Of a DNA stretch of 64,000 nt, positions 39,209-52,286 are shown in pieces. The notes under the pieces are model-generated. The model searched no databases. It saw nothing but the letters and a program-made list of their open reading frames with translations, and was not told the origin of the DNA. Each line of letters opens with the position of its first letter. The stretch's first letter is position 1. Location of the stretch: assembly GCF_006345805.1 (NCBI RefSeq), contig NC_042997.1:8370001-8434000 (forward strand), read 5' to 3'. A program made the position numbers and the translations under genes. Origin of the DNA: Octopus sinensis. Taxonomy: Eukaryota.

Positions 39209-39794
39209 CATATGCATATATGGGTACAGAATATCACCAACTGTAAACAACATGAAATACGCAAACAAACAACAAGAGGAAAAATGGAAAACAGGACAAG
39301 TAAACACAGAGAATAACCCTTCATCAGTTGTCGGCTGTCTCATTTCAAGCATTCAACGACAATATGAGTCTTCAAAGACAGTTGCTCCCATAAATTCTAA
39401 AGTAAGATTTAAGATATATGGAGTGTCAAATTTGGGAACAAAAACAAGACAGTAGAGAGATACAAGGAAACCAAATGAAAACAAACATGGAGGGTCATTA
39501 GACCAGAACGAGAGGATAATTGTGAATGCTAGGTTAAATATTTTCTTTGAAAATAGAAAAGGTAGAAGAGAGAGAAAGAAAACGCCCAGTCCTTTGAACA
39601 TCTGTGCAGGAAAAGAAAGATGGATGATGGTCACGTATGACAGATAGAAAATGGTGAAAGTGGGAGGGGGAAAAACGGGAATTAAAGAAGGATGGTGGAA
39701 GGAATTAGTATAGAGTTGCATCAAAAAGGTTAATATAAACTTACTTGGAAATGGATGCAAAGTGTTCAATTAAATAAATATAATATAAATATAT

Positions 39795-40024
39795 ATCATC
39801 ATCATCATCGTTTAACGTCCGTTTTCCATGCTAGCATCGGTTGGTTCCCGGGATCTAGGAAGCCAGGAGGCTGCACCAGGCTCCAGTCTGATCTGGCAGC
39901 TGTAGAAATATTGCCAGATTAGACTGGAGCCTGGTGCAGCCTCCTGGCTTCCCAGACCCCGGTCGAACCGTCCAACTGATGCTAGCATGGAAAACAGATG
40001 CTAAACGATGATGATAATGATGAT
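39795..40024. repeat. Palindromic fusion of two RTE 3' ends (tails pointing outward)
   Basis: The left arm (atc)n...atctggcag is joined directly to ctgtagaaatattgccagat...(gat)n. Confidence 0.88.
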
Positions 40025-40254
40025 ATATATATATATATATATACAGAGAGAATGTTTATGGAGCAGTTACCTCCCCTGTCAGTATATGTATATATGCACT
40101 CTTCTTATACCATTAAGAGTATTTTAACTCTTGTTTCTAGCTATGTAGGTGCTTTGACACGGTCAGTCACACTTACAGATGATTGAATTTTTCCTTTATG
40201 GTATTACATTGCACCTAGTAGTTTACATATATATTCATATATATATATATATAT

Positions 40255-40489
40255 TGGCACATAAAAAGCACCAACCAATCGTAGCCGCTGCCAGCCTCCC
40301 CTGGCACATAAAAAGCACCCACTACACTCACGGAGTGGTTGGCATTAGGAAGGGTATCCAGCTGTAGAAACACTGCCAGATGAGACTGGAGCCTGGTGCA
40401 GCCTCCTGGCTTTCCAGACCCTTGTTGAACCATCCAACCCATGCTAGCATGGAAAACGGATATTAAACAATGATGATGATGATGATGAT
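40255..40489 (+). mobile_element. RTE LINE 3' UTR fragment
   Basis: ggaagggtatccagctgtagaaacactgccaga...catgctagcatggaaaacgga...(gat)n. Confidence 0.85.
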
Positions 40490-40545
40490 ACATATATATA
40501 TATATATATATATATATTACAAGACAGAATATAATGGTACCAGTG

Positions 40546-40910
40546 TGCTTGAAAGAAGAGTAAAACTTTCAAAACAACATACCTCTCGCTATATGTAAAC
40601 ACACACAGAGAATGTAGCAAATACATTTAGAAAAAAAGGTTGTTCCAGTTTGTAAAACTACAAAGAGTGGGGTAAATATACAAGTATCAGTTGATGAGCA
40701 TTAAGTGTCAATTCAGCAAAGAAAGTGAAATCAATTGATACTGGGATATCTACCCTCCTCTTTGTAGTTTTACAATTGGGACAACCATTTTTCTAAATGT
40801 ATTTGCTACATTCTCCATGCATGTTTACATATAGTGAGAGATGCGTAGTTTTGGAGAGTTTTAACTCTTCTTTCTAGCAAAGAGGTACATATTTTACCCT
40901 AACTTTTAAT
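40546..40910. repeat. Old fold-back element with ~150-bp arms (40546-40695 / 40730-40879) and a degenerate hammerhead-like centre
   Basis: gagaatgtagcaaatacatttagaaaaa / tttttctaaatgtatttgctacattctc and tgtaaaactacaaagag / ctctttgtagttttaca. Confidence 0.85.
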
Positions 40911-42378
40911 ATATACTTTGCATATTTGGATTATGTTTGCTGCCCACTTTATCATTATTTTTTTAAAGATAATGATAGCTCATTTGAATTTTGAATTTAT
41001 ATCTATATATACTCATATATGTATATATACATATGTATATACTCATATATATGTGCATATATGTACATATATATATATATGCACATATATATATACATGT
41101 ATGTATGTGAATGTATGTGCACGTGTGTGTGTCTGCGTTTGTGTATGTGTGTGTGTATATGAGAAAATACAGAGAATGCAGCTGAAATCTTTTAGCCAAC
41201 ATTGTTTTTGAAGGGTGTCCGCCACATACTTCACATACTTGAACATATGGCTGAGAAACTCTGAGTAAAGGTGGAGTACTTAACTGACTGATATATAAAT
41301 TCTAACACATATAGTAAGTGCTGTTCATCTTGCACATATAATCATGCATATGGGCATGTGTATAAATATTACATATATGCAACTATGCATACGTGCATAT
41401 ATACAAGCATAGATATAGAGACATGTGCATATGTGTATACATATGAGTATGTATATATGTATGTGTCTGTGTCTGTGTCTCTCTGTGTGAATATATATAT
41501 ATAAATATTCATACATACATGCATATGTAAATACACACAAATACACACGCACACACATATATATGTGTGTGTGTGTATATATGTATATTGTGCATGCATG
41601 GTAACACATATGTATAGCGGTATATGTATGTGTGTGTGTGTATATATATATATAGCCAAACGTGGCAAGCACACACAGACAGCCATATAAAAAGACAAAT
41701 AGATGTAGATAGATGATTTTGTATATGTTTGCCTTTCTGCATAGTACTTTGTATCTGCGAATATATTTACATAGGCATAAACATAAAGGAAAATAAATAT
41801 AATTAACATGCACCAATAGCTACTGCACTTATTTGTAGGAAGTATCTGCAATATAAAGAGATAAACTTCTGGCCAGGAAACAAAACTCTTCAGAAAGATA
41901 TACGTCATTCATCAAGGAGATAATGCTTGTCATTACACGTCAGCTAAGAAGCATTCACCCATTAACAGCGTTAAATGGAAGGAGGCACTTTGCTCTCTTT
42001 ATTGCTCACTTCCAGCTTCCATAAGCTTTCATTTCTTTGTGGTACTTCAACATCAATTTCCAAAAGGAAATGTCTTGTTGAATTGACACTAAGGGGAGGT
42101 GAAAGTAAAAATCAACTAGTGAAATTTCCATAAAAAATATCAGCTTCAATGCATTTTCACATATAATCAACAGTATTGAATCTGGAGACGTATTTGGGTA
42201 TATTAGTTCGTGCTGGTTTGCGTAAATACATTGGTGAGTGTTGCTAACTAATGGAATGAAGAATCAAGACAAGAAAAATTTTTTGAGCAGTGTAACATTT
42301 AAACCTACTTTTTCCATTAAATATATGCATGCGTGTACAAACACAGATACATACATACATACATATATATATATATAT

Positions 42379-42421
<43 letters not shown>

Positions 42422-43190
42422 CATATGTATACACACACATGCCACACACACACACACATCATATATGAATTGTAATGTATGTCTATATAATAGCTGATAT
42501 ACATGCTGGTTGGTTGGTTGGTTTATATGTTGAATAGAGAGAGTATTTATGTGAACAATTATGCAAATGAGAAATAAGAAGAATTTGTTCTTCTTAGACA
42601 AAATATAGCAGCAATTATCAAATTCAGATTTTAATCTTCCAGAATGTATTAAGAATGAATATGTACTTTGTTGTTTTCTTTATTCAATTTTCTTTTAGGT
42701 TAAATAATTTTATTTTGAATATTTTCAATCATTTCATAATTTTGTACAAATACTCAGAAATACAATAAAACCTGAATAATGATTGTGTGTATGCCATATT
42801 TTCCTACATTACCCAAGAAGTGAAAAGCATACATCCATTGCTACTTATCATATTGCAAGTAAAATTATATATATAAAACAAAAATACATTTTAGAGAACA
42901 ATAGAAAACTATAATCATGCTATTTCAAAATATTCATTCCTACAGCTGTTTCAGTAATGCTTACGTAACATTAATACTTCATATTCCATAAGAACTGTGT
43001 CACTGAGAATATTTTTAGATACATTTATGAGTAGTAATAACTAATGGAATGAAAAATTGTCACAGGCAAAATTGTTTCCAGAAAGAAATGGTTTTCATTA
43101 ATCATACAATACTGTTTTATTTAAAATCATTTAAACAGTAGTGTAAGAGATAATTTGAAATGACATTGATATTGTGTGTTTGTGTGTGTG

Positions 43191-43224
<34 letters not shown>

Positions 43225-43229
43225 TCTGT

Positions 43230-43283
<54 letters not shown>

Positions 43284-45389
43284 TATCTTAAAAAGAAAAA
43301 AATTCACAAACCTTGCAAATATAGTTACCCAGAGTTTCTTAGTCAAAATAATAACTTATTCCACCATATATCACTCTGGAAACAAGACTGGTTATCCATT
43401 GTCTTTTGAGCAGATAACATTTAAACAAGAGATGCTTGTAAAGAAGACAAGAAAAGCACAAGGGAGATAACCAACATTATAATAATTCAATGTGAAGGAG
43501 ACATAAACCAGATGTTAATGATTTATTAAGTGTATGGTGATATGCTTTTAAATGCTGACAAGATGTATCTCTTAGAATACAGACATGGAGAAAAAATCTC
43601 ATTCCTCGAATTTATGTATTCATTGGGGTTTATCAAGCTTTTAATCAATACAGTTTTTCAAGAGAATACATTGATCATTTTTTTTATTAAGTGGTCTAAA
43701 AAAAATGTCCCTTGTAGAAGGTTAGAAAATGTTTAATGCTATTCAAATTTCTGTCCTAATGGTTGTGATACAGTTTTAGTCATATTAAAGTATGTATGAA
43801 ATTGAAGGCATGGACATTAAACTGTACACAGGTACAAAAGAAGATGCATTTGTGATTAGACACTGGAGAGAATGAGTATAAACATCATATGTAATGATAG
43901 AGACAAAAATACTTTCCTAATGCATGAAAAAGATAGTATAGCAAAACCTCTGCTAACTTGGGCTTGTTCAAAAACTGGAGAAATGTATTCACCAAAATAA
44001 ATACTGAAAGGTAATATTTCTCCCCAATTAAACATGGATGTTTTGTTTGAACAAACTATACTGTGGTAAATACCATAAGAGAAGCTCTCGTGTTGGCTTT
44101 TGTTGCAAATTACACTCTTGTTTATGTTACCAGAGGGGAGATAAATCTCTGTCACCTCCAGCACTGAGACCACCAGATTATATGATTTTGACCTTCCGCT
44201 ATCATGTCAATTATAGATGTTTGCCAGGTAGAGACAGCATCAATCTATCTCTCCACCAGCGATATATAACCTGGGTATCACAGCATGCAGAGACATAGAT
44301 AACAGCAGCCCAAGGGAAAAACCTGTGGAAGAGAGCAATTCCCTTTTGGCAGTATGCTTTTTGTTTCTACTACGTATGTGGAAAGTCATAGTCGATATAA
44401 ACAAAGAGCTTAATAAGCTATGTTATATTAAAATGGCTATTATAAGAGATAGCTAAAGTTTATGAGAGCTAGCGTCAAAAATGCATGAAGGTTTTAATGG
44501 CAGCTTCTTCATTGATAGGGACAAAGTAGTATATATGTATTTTTTTTTACTAATGTACTTTTCTACTTGTAAAGGAAATATTTATAGTCAAGTTGATCAG
44601 ATACTTAATGTATTTTAATAGCTGTCAATAAAATGGAAAGGAGATAAGTGAATTATAGAGTTGTTTCCTTGATATGATCATAGTAACTGTTTTTTAAATG
44701 TGAAGCAAATGTACTTTTCATGCCCTAATATTTAAAGTCCTCCAGATTGTGGAAGTAGTGCTTTCCTAAAATGAGGTGGCTAAAATTTTCTGTGGATGAT
44801 GGATGATACTTATGTTTCAAAGGTTATAAAGAAATAAATAGCGGTACAATGGGCTACAGGAATTTGTGTGTGTGTGTTTGTGTTTAATAGTAACAGCAAG
44901 CATATTGTTGATGGAGTGAAGGATGTGTATTTTAGCTATAACACTCGTCAACACATATTTTCTGGCACAAAGTGTATCAATGGGCACTGAATTCAAATCT
45001 GACATCAGATTTTGCCTATCACATCAAACGTTTGAGTTATAAAATCCTTTAGTTTCGTTAGAAACAGCTATTTAATGCTCATAAAGAAAGAATTAAACAT
45101 ATGTAGATGCAATTTTTAATAGACAATATCTGTTTTTAAATCTAATAAAACAAGACACAAGGTTGTGGGAGTAAATGCACTTTAGCATGTAAGAATTAAG
45201 CTTGGTGATAACAAAACATGAATACAAAATCTCTCACTAAAAATGATAATAATAATAATGAATTTATTGTATACAATGATCAAGTGCACCACAACTTTTC
45301 AAAAGTGCGTATAAAGCATATGCAGTAATGTACAAATAAATGTCTGGAAAGTGAACAGTGTATGAGTCAGATACATGCTTGCGTGTCAT

Positions 45390-46425
45390 TCATTCTGATT
45401 GTCTTATTACTGCAAAAACTTTCTCTTTTTTAATGATCTCTTGTGCACAACCTCCAAAACGTCTCTCATCAAGCTCCAGCAGTAATCTGCTTCCATGATA
45501 GAATCCCACCAGCCTTGGTAGTGTTCTTCTATTATCTTTACATCTTGATGAAAGCATTCATCTTTCATCTTGATGAAAGCGTTCACCTTGTTTTCCATTC
45601 AGGTTCTCTGGAAACTCACCCAAGTGACTGTGTAAGTAGTGCAATTTAACATGTATTCTACATCCAAATGCTTGCAAACTCAAGAGCAACTCTTCCACAA
45701 TTTCTTGATAGCTGTCAGCTTTCCTGTTCACAAGGAAATTAGCACCACAAGGGAAAAGGTATCCCAAGCTCTAACTTCAGCCACATTCATTGGTGTAACA
45801 AAATGTGGATCCCTAAGGAGTGTTCTCATTTGAGGTCCATCAAATATTTCTGCTTTTTTCTTGTCACTGAGACTTTGAAAGATTGTACGTATATATCTGA
45901 AGCAGTCTCCACTGTGATTAAGAGCTTTGAAGAATTGCTTCATGACATCAAGTTTCAGCACAGGTTGTTTCATGGTATTCAAGTGCTACTTTAAAGTAAG
46001 CAAGATACACTTTCTTAAAGAAATTATTAATGTTGCATCTTTGAGCCTGTGGAGTGAAGTTTCTGCAGATGTAACAGAAGATATCAGGGTCATTACACAC
46101 ATCCTTCTTTCTAATGTTGTATCCATAACTAGATCACAGTGATTCAGTTCACACCTGAAAAGAAAAGAAAGGGTTTCAAAGCAAAACTCAGCTTGAACAT
46201 ATTATTCAAAATTAGGATGGCAAACTAGCCAAAATTTTCACAAATAGTGGTGTAAGGTTAACTTTTGTGATGCTCCAGGTAAATAAAGGTATATACCAAT
46301 GGCACAAAAAGGTAATGTGATAGAACAAATTTGAGGTCAGTTTTGGAATCAGCAACCAAAACTTAGTCTAAAATAGCTCTAAGATTTTATGCCAGAGAAT
46401 AAAAGTTTTATTTTGTTGACCAGTG
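45390..46425 (-). mobile_element. Internally deleted Chapaev3-like (CMC group) DNA transposon
   Basis: The N-terminus NDPDIFCYICRNFTPQAQRCNINNFFKKVYLAYF is joined directly to LKLDVMKQFFKAL...IFDGPQMRTLL...KLHYLHSHLGEFPENL...QGERFHQD...YQGWWD..MEADYCWSL. The terminus ...gttgacCAGTG is followed by TAA (TWA target). There is a splice acceptor tcttttcag just upstream of the ATG. Family assignment is from memory of the motifs. Confidence 0.75.
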
Positions 46426-47140
46426 TAATCAAACAAAGTAAATATATTGTTGGATGGAGTAAACCTGGTCAAAATACACTGCAGAATAGTGACCTGAGAG
46501 GAAAAAAAAATAGTGGCCCAAGAGTTGTTAAATCAAGGGAGCCAATAAACAGACAATTTTAGGTGAAGCATCCTATATCAGACACAGTCAACAGGTTTCT
46601 AGATGGAAAAAACATTAGTGTTTTTGATGAATTTCTGAAAGATGAAAAAGATCTTTTGATTAATTTCAGTTATTATATTAACTGTTCACATAGTCATAGT
46701 ATGCCATTTTTGGGACCAAGTACATTGTTGTATAGTTTCCTGTATTGATATACATACCAACAGAGATAGAAAGGTTTAGTGGAAGTAGAAGTCAACTTAG
46801 AAGAACAAAGTTTGATTGTAATATAAAGGAGACAGAATATTTTCCTATCATTTCTAGCATGGAGTGGAATATCATTCCTCTTATCACTGAAGGTCTAATT
46901 TTAATCAATTAAATCTATCTTAGCTTGCTGTTCCAGGGTAATTTTCTCTAGTTATCCTTTTAAATTATAACACCACTGGTTCATTCATACGTAGTTCATT
47001 ATCAAAAATCATAAATATTTCCATAAGCATACATAGATGAAGTTTAATAATGCAGCTCTGTATTTAAGAGATGTGGAAATATGCACATAATTTACCTTAT
47101 TTACATTTGACGGGTATTTGTCTTCATCTTGTTTGTTGTT

Positions 47141-47186
47141 AACACAACGTTTCAGCTGATATACCCTCCAGCCTTCATCAGTTGTT
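47141..47186 (-). ncRNA. Minimal type I hammerhead motif
   Basis: AACAA-CUGAUGA-A-GGCUG-GAGGGUAUAU-CAGCU-GAAA-CG-U-U-GUGUU. Palindromic stem III ACGU; one mismatch in stem I. Confidence 0.62.
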
Positions 47187-47247
47187 TTGGGGAAATTTCG
47201 AACCTGGGTCCTCATTTCTAAGATATATTTCAATGTCATGGTTATTG

Positions 47248-47316
<69 letters not shown>

Positions 47317-47428
47317 TCAGTGCCTGGAATCAAACTCGGAATCTTGGGGTCAGTATGCTGTGCTCTTAACCACTACACCATATACCCATGGTCTTAGGAA
47401 TGAGAACTCAGGTTCGAAATTTCACCAA

Positions 47429-47474
47429 AACACCTGATGAAGGCTGGAGGGTATATCAGCTGAAACATTGTGTT
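47429..47474 (+). ncRNA. Minimal type I hammerhead motif (inverted duplicate)
   Basis: AACAC-CUGAUGA-A-GGCUG-GAGGGUAUAU-CAGCU-GAAA-CA-U-U-GUGUU. Perfect 5-bp stem I; CG>CA change in stem III. Confidence 0.62.
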
Positions 47475-48117
47475 AACAGCAAACAAGATGAGGACAAATA
47501 TCCATCAAATGTAAATAATATAAATAATGAAACTTAATAAGACTGAAACATGTTCAGAGTTGATAGCACTCTACTCAAGAACATACACCTAATTTTATTA
47601 CGAATTTAACTATAATTAATTACAGTGTTTGAGTTGTCTCCCTTGCGTTTCTGATGAGAATTAACCATTTCTATAATGATTGTTCGTGTCAGTAACAGCG
47701 TAGTTTTAATTAATTAAAATTACTTGGCTTACTCCATCAAGTATGCCAGTGCCCAGTTTACTATCAATCAAGCATTGAGATACGAATCAAGTTCATTAAC
47801 TTTCAAATGCACTGAAGCAAACAAAGTAATGATCCTTGCTTAAGGATACAATTCAACGGTTATATAAATGTTTAAACTGATGCCAATATAATCAGAAACT
47901 TTAATAGAGTCAACCATTGAAACTTTTCAAGAAAACTTTAATAGAATTCTCACTGAAGCTCCTCATCAGTCACTTTCAACTTACTATGTTCAAGAATAGG
48001 GAACCCAGATACAGTTCACTAATATGTCAACTTCAAATATTGAAACATAATCAGAGAACAGCAGCAGCAGCAGCAGCAGCAGCAACGGAAATATGATTTC
48101 TAATATAAGCACATTCT

Positions 48118-48640
48118 TTCTTTTATTATTTTACTTGTTTCAGTTACTAGTCAATGACCATGCTGGGGCACTGCCTTCAAGGATTTATTCAATCAAATTG
48201 ACCCCCTGTACTTATGTCAAGTCTAATAGTTATTCTATAGGACCGTTTTTGCTAAATCGCTAAGTTACAGAGATATATATACAGATGAATACTAGTTGTC
48301 AATTGGTGACGAACACACTCATACACACAGTCATCATCCTCATTATCATCATCATCATTTAACGTCCGTTTTCCATACTAGCACGAGTTGGATGGTTCGA
48401 TTGGGGCCTGGGAAGACAGGAGGCTGCACCAGCCTCCAGTCTGATCAGGCAGTGTTTCTACAGCTGGATGCCCTTCCTAACGCCAACCACTCCATGAGTG
48501 TAGTGGGTGCTTTTTACGTGCCACCAGCACAGGTGCCAGGGGAGGCTGGCAGTTGCCACGATCGGTTGGTGCTTTTTATGTGCCACCAACACAGAAGCCG
48601 GTCAAGGCGGCGCTGGCATCGGCCACATTCGGATGGTGCT
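48118..48640 (-). mobile_element. 3' part of SINE family A followed by an RTE 3' UTR fragment
   Basis: ttttacttgtttcag...ccatgctggggcactgcc at 48130-48180. (atc)n-tttaacgtccgttttccat...ctacagctggatgcccttcc at 48345-48480. Confidence 0.78.
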
Positions 48641-49972
48641 ATATATAAAAATGCCCTCCCCACCAGAGTTTCTGTGTACCAATTCCTTCACATAGTATTA
48701 ATCAGCCCATGCTAAAAGATACAAGCCTAAGTACCATGCACTGCCACTAAACCTATTATCATATGACTGAAACAAATTCTTTAACTAAACTGCTACATCT
48801 ATACCATTTGTGAAAAGAATAGTGCTGATCACAACTAGCATAGCATATATATATATATATATATGTTTGTTACCTCATTTTGGTGACCCAAAATGATGAA
48901 CAGTAAACTGAACCTCAGTAAGACTGAACTCAGAAAGAACTGAATTACATATAACATAGTTTATCATTCACTTTATGAATCCTGCAAATCTACCACACCA
49001 AGAAAAATTCTGACTCTAGTAATATTTAAAACTAATAATTTATAAAATAACATCAAAAACCTCTTAAGATAAAAATAACTTATAAAACAAACAGAAAATG
49101 CAAAATCTCCAGAGATTCCTTGAGATGATCTTGTGAGATGTAAACTAAATCTGGTGTTATATTTGACAAGTAGATACAGTTTCACTCGCAGTATTAATTC
49201 TTGTCATTGGATCAACTGTTTATTCCACTACAAGTACCTTTGACAAATATTTGTCTGTTTCATTGAAAACATTAAGTCAAAAAGTTAATAATTTATGAGA
49301 TTCAAAGTGGTTTCAAATGAGTGTGAATAATATAGAATATATTTTGTAAACATATTCTAAATAAAAATAACAGGGTTATATATTTTTTTCATTAAACTTA
49401 TATAAACTTGACTGAAAAAATAATGTAATATTTAGTGTAATTTAATTTAAACAATACTTTATTTCATATTGGTCACTCTATACACAGAAGTAACACTGCA
49501 AAAATTACTCCAGCCATAGTCTTTAAAGTTTTAATGAGATCTCAGGATAAGATGGTCTTTTCTCTAGTGTGCTTAGTTCAGATTTTGAATGATCTCTCAT
49601 TAAAGCTATTTATCATTATATTACAGCCATTTATCATCTCAAGAGCTCATCATCTTATAGATGGTATTTCAATCATCTTCTGTCTGAAGATATCGATTCC
49701 AGGTATGTATACAACAGTAAAGATAAGATATAGATGTTGACGTTACTTTTCTTGACAAGTACTCATGCTACTTTATAAAACTCTATACATTCAAGAATGC
49801 ATGTGTGTATATATGTGACGGGTATATGTATGTGTTTTGTATGAGGGCCTAACATACATACATACATACATACATACATGCATGCATGCACATACATACA
49901 CAAGTATACATAAACACTTATATACATACATTTATATAAGGATGCATATATATACATGCATCCATCTATATA

Positions 49973-50004
<32 letters not shown>

Positions 50005-50325
50005 TGTGAAAGAGAAAAAGAAGAGAAAGAGGGGAGAACATGTGTATTGTTCCATTATTGATAGGGGCAACTGAAGAAATACTTCATTCAGCCAGAGATA
50101 AATATCATTTAATAAACACAGGACGTCAATGTGAACTAACGTTAGTCTCATGCTTGGAAAATACAACAATCTGAAGGGCTTGTATAATATATAGCATGTT
50201 GTGTACTATCTTGCAATCATTTACAGTGTAGAGCATAGCATTCTATACAAACTCATCCAATCACTGTATTTTCCAAGATATCTATATAATCTCACATTTA
50301 AATCTGTGTTTATTAAATGTATGTA

Positions 50326-51626
50326 TAGGTGTTGGACAAAATAATGGAAACACCTTTAAATTTCAAACAAATATATTTTAATATGGGTTAGGACCACCTT
50401 TGGCAATAATTACAGTTTGAATTCTACAAGCTATGGACTCGTACAAAGTTTGAATAGTTTCCAAAGGAATTTTTGTCCATTTTTCAGCTAAAACAGTCTC
50501 CGGTTCATATAGTAATGATGGTGGAGGATATTGACTCCTTACTTGTTTTTCTAAAATGCACTATACATGTTCAATAATACTGAGATCTGGGAACTGTGGT
50601 GGCCAGATAGGATGTTCAACTTCACATGAATGTTCCTTGTGCCATTCAGTAACAACTTTAGCTCTGTGAATTGGTGCATTATTATTCTGAAAGATTGCAT
50701 CCCACCCCCAGAAACAGTTCTGCAACCATAGAATAAATTTGATCAGAGAAAATGCTTAAATAGTCTTGATTATTAATTCTGCCATAAAGGGAAACTATTG
50801 GACCAGCAGATTTCCAAGGTATAGCCCCCCCCCCACCACCACCACCACCACCAACACCAGATCATCACAGATCTTCCTCCATGTTTAACAGTTGGAAGAA
50901 GGCAGTCTGGGTTAAATGCTTCTTTTGGCTGTCTCCACACTTATACTTGAATGGTGGTCGGAAATAAAGTAAAGAATGACTCATCCAAGAAAATAACATT
51001 CTTTCACTGCTCTAGGGACCAATTCTGTAGGTTTTTACTCCACTCTAAATGCTTTGCAATGTTTGTTTTCGAAAATAATGGTTTTCTGATTGTGGCCCTC
51101 CCATGAAATCTGGCTTTGTGCAGCTCCCGGAAAAGAGTTTTTGTGGAAACTGGATTCTCAAGGGGGTCATTGAGCTCTGCAGTAATTTTGGGAGCTGTAC
51201 TTTTGTGATCCTTTCTAATAACTCACATAAGAGTCCAACAGTCCCTATCTGAATGTTTTGGTTTTCTTCCGCAGTTTTGTTTCAACGAAGAGGTTTTTCC
51301 CTCTTTCTCAAAAGCTGTCATTACTTTCAAGATAGTACTTCCTGATACACCAAACATTTCTGCTGTTTTTGTTACACTAGCACCTGCCATACAAGCCCCA
51401 ACAATTTGACCTCATTGAAAGTCCGATAGATCTGTCATTTTAATGAATTTTAATTACCTTTTTCTGATGATATCTGAAAAGAAACAGCAATTTTAGCAAA
51501 ACATATTAAGCAACACTAATAATGATAAAAAAACATAAAAGTAAACAAGCCTTAGATGGTTTTATAAATATTCCAAAATTATGATGCTATGATGCTAGGT
51601 GTTTCCATTATTTTGTCCAACCCCTG
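50326..51626 (-). mobile_element. Full-length decayed Tc1-family transposon
   Basis: ~30-bp TIRs (c/t)agg(g/t)gttggacaaaataatggaaacacct flanked by TA. Transposase pseudogene ~50378-51438: MTDLSDFQ*GQIVGACMAGASVTKTAEMFGVS...FLDESFF...FQNNNAPIHRA...WPPQFPDLSIIEHV...GGP. Confidence 0.92.
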
Positions 51627-52236
51627 TATGTATGTATGTATGTATGTATGTATGTATGTATGTATGTATGTATGTATGTATGTACAGATAAATAAACAGG
51701 CTGACAGCATCACTCACAATCAAATATAAGTTGATAATTTGTACCTCACTTTTGCTACATTCTTTAGTGCCTCTGTAGTTGTGAGCAGATATACACAAAC
51801 TCTTGGACATTCCATCCTTGACCCAGAGATAGACTGAGCATAAGACGGCTGGAAAATGAGAGAACGTCACCAGCAGTTAAGTAGTATTCTCATTCAGCTG
51901 AGTTGGCAGGAATAAAATTAAATGATGTGCTTTGCTCAAGGATACGATGTGCTCCCTGTTTAATGAATGGGACCCATGACTTTATGACTGGGAGTCTAGA
52001 ATCATAGCCTCAAGGCTTTACACTTTCTCTCTCACACACACACTCACACATACACACAGATGCACACACACATGCATGCACATGCACACACACATGAATG
52101 TACATGCACACACATGCATGCACATTTGCATGCACATGTATGCACACACATACATACACACATACATGCATACATATATTCATACATGCATACATATATT
52201 CAAACATACATACATACATACATACACATACATACA

Positions 52237-52286
<50 letters not shown>

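Larger units (their letters stand above)
47050..47528 (-). mobile_element. tRNA-headed element with (AAT)n linker, hammerhead-bearing 3' module and an inverted copy of that module at its 5' end
   Basis: Minus strand: head gggtatatggtgtagtggttaagagcac...gagtttgattcc (47313-47390), then (aat)n, the module 47088-47223 and a tail at 47050-47087. 47392-47528 is the reverse complement of the module. Confidence 0.8.

Noticed and set aside
44038-44340. GC-richer block with a minus-strand acceptor-like ttccacag
   Set aside because: All frames stop quickly and no motif is recognised.
47645-47690. ctgatgagaatt as another hammerhead core
   Set aside because: No downstream GAAA or stem III.
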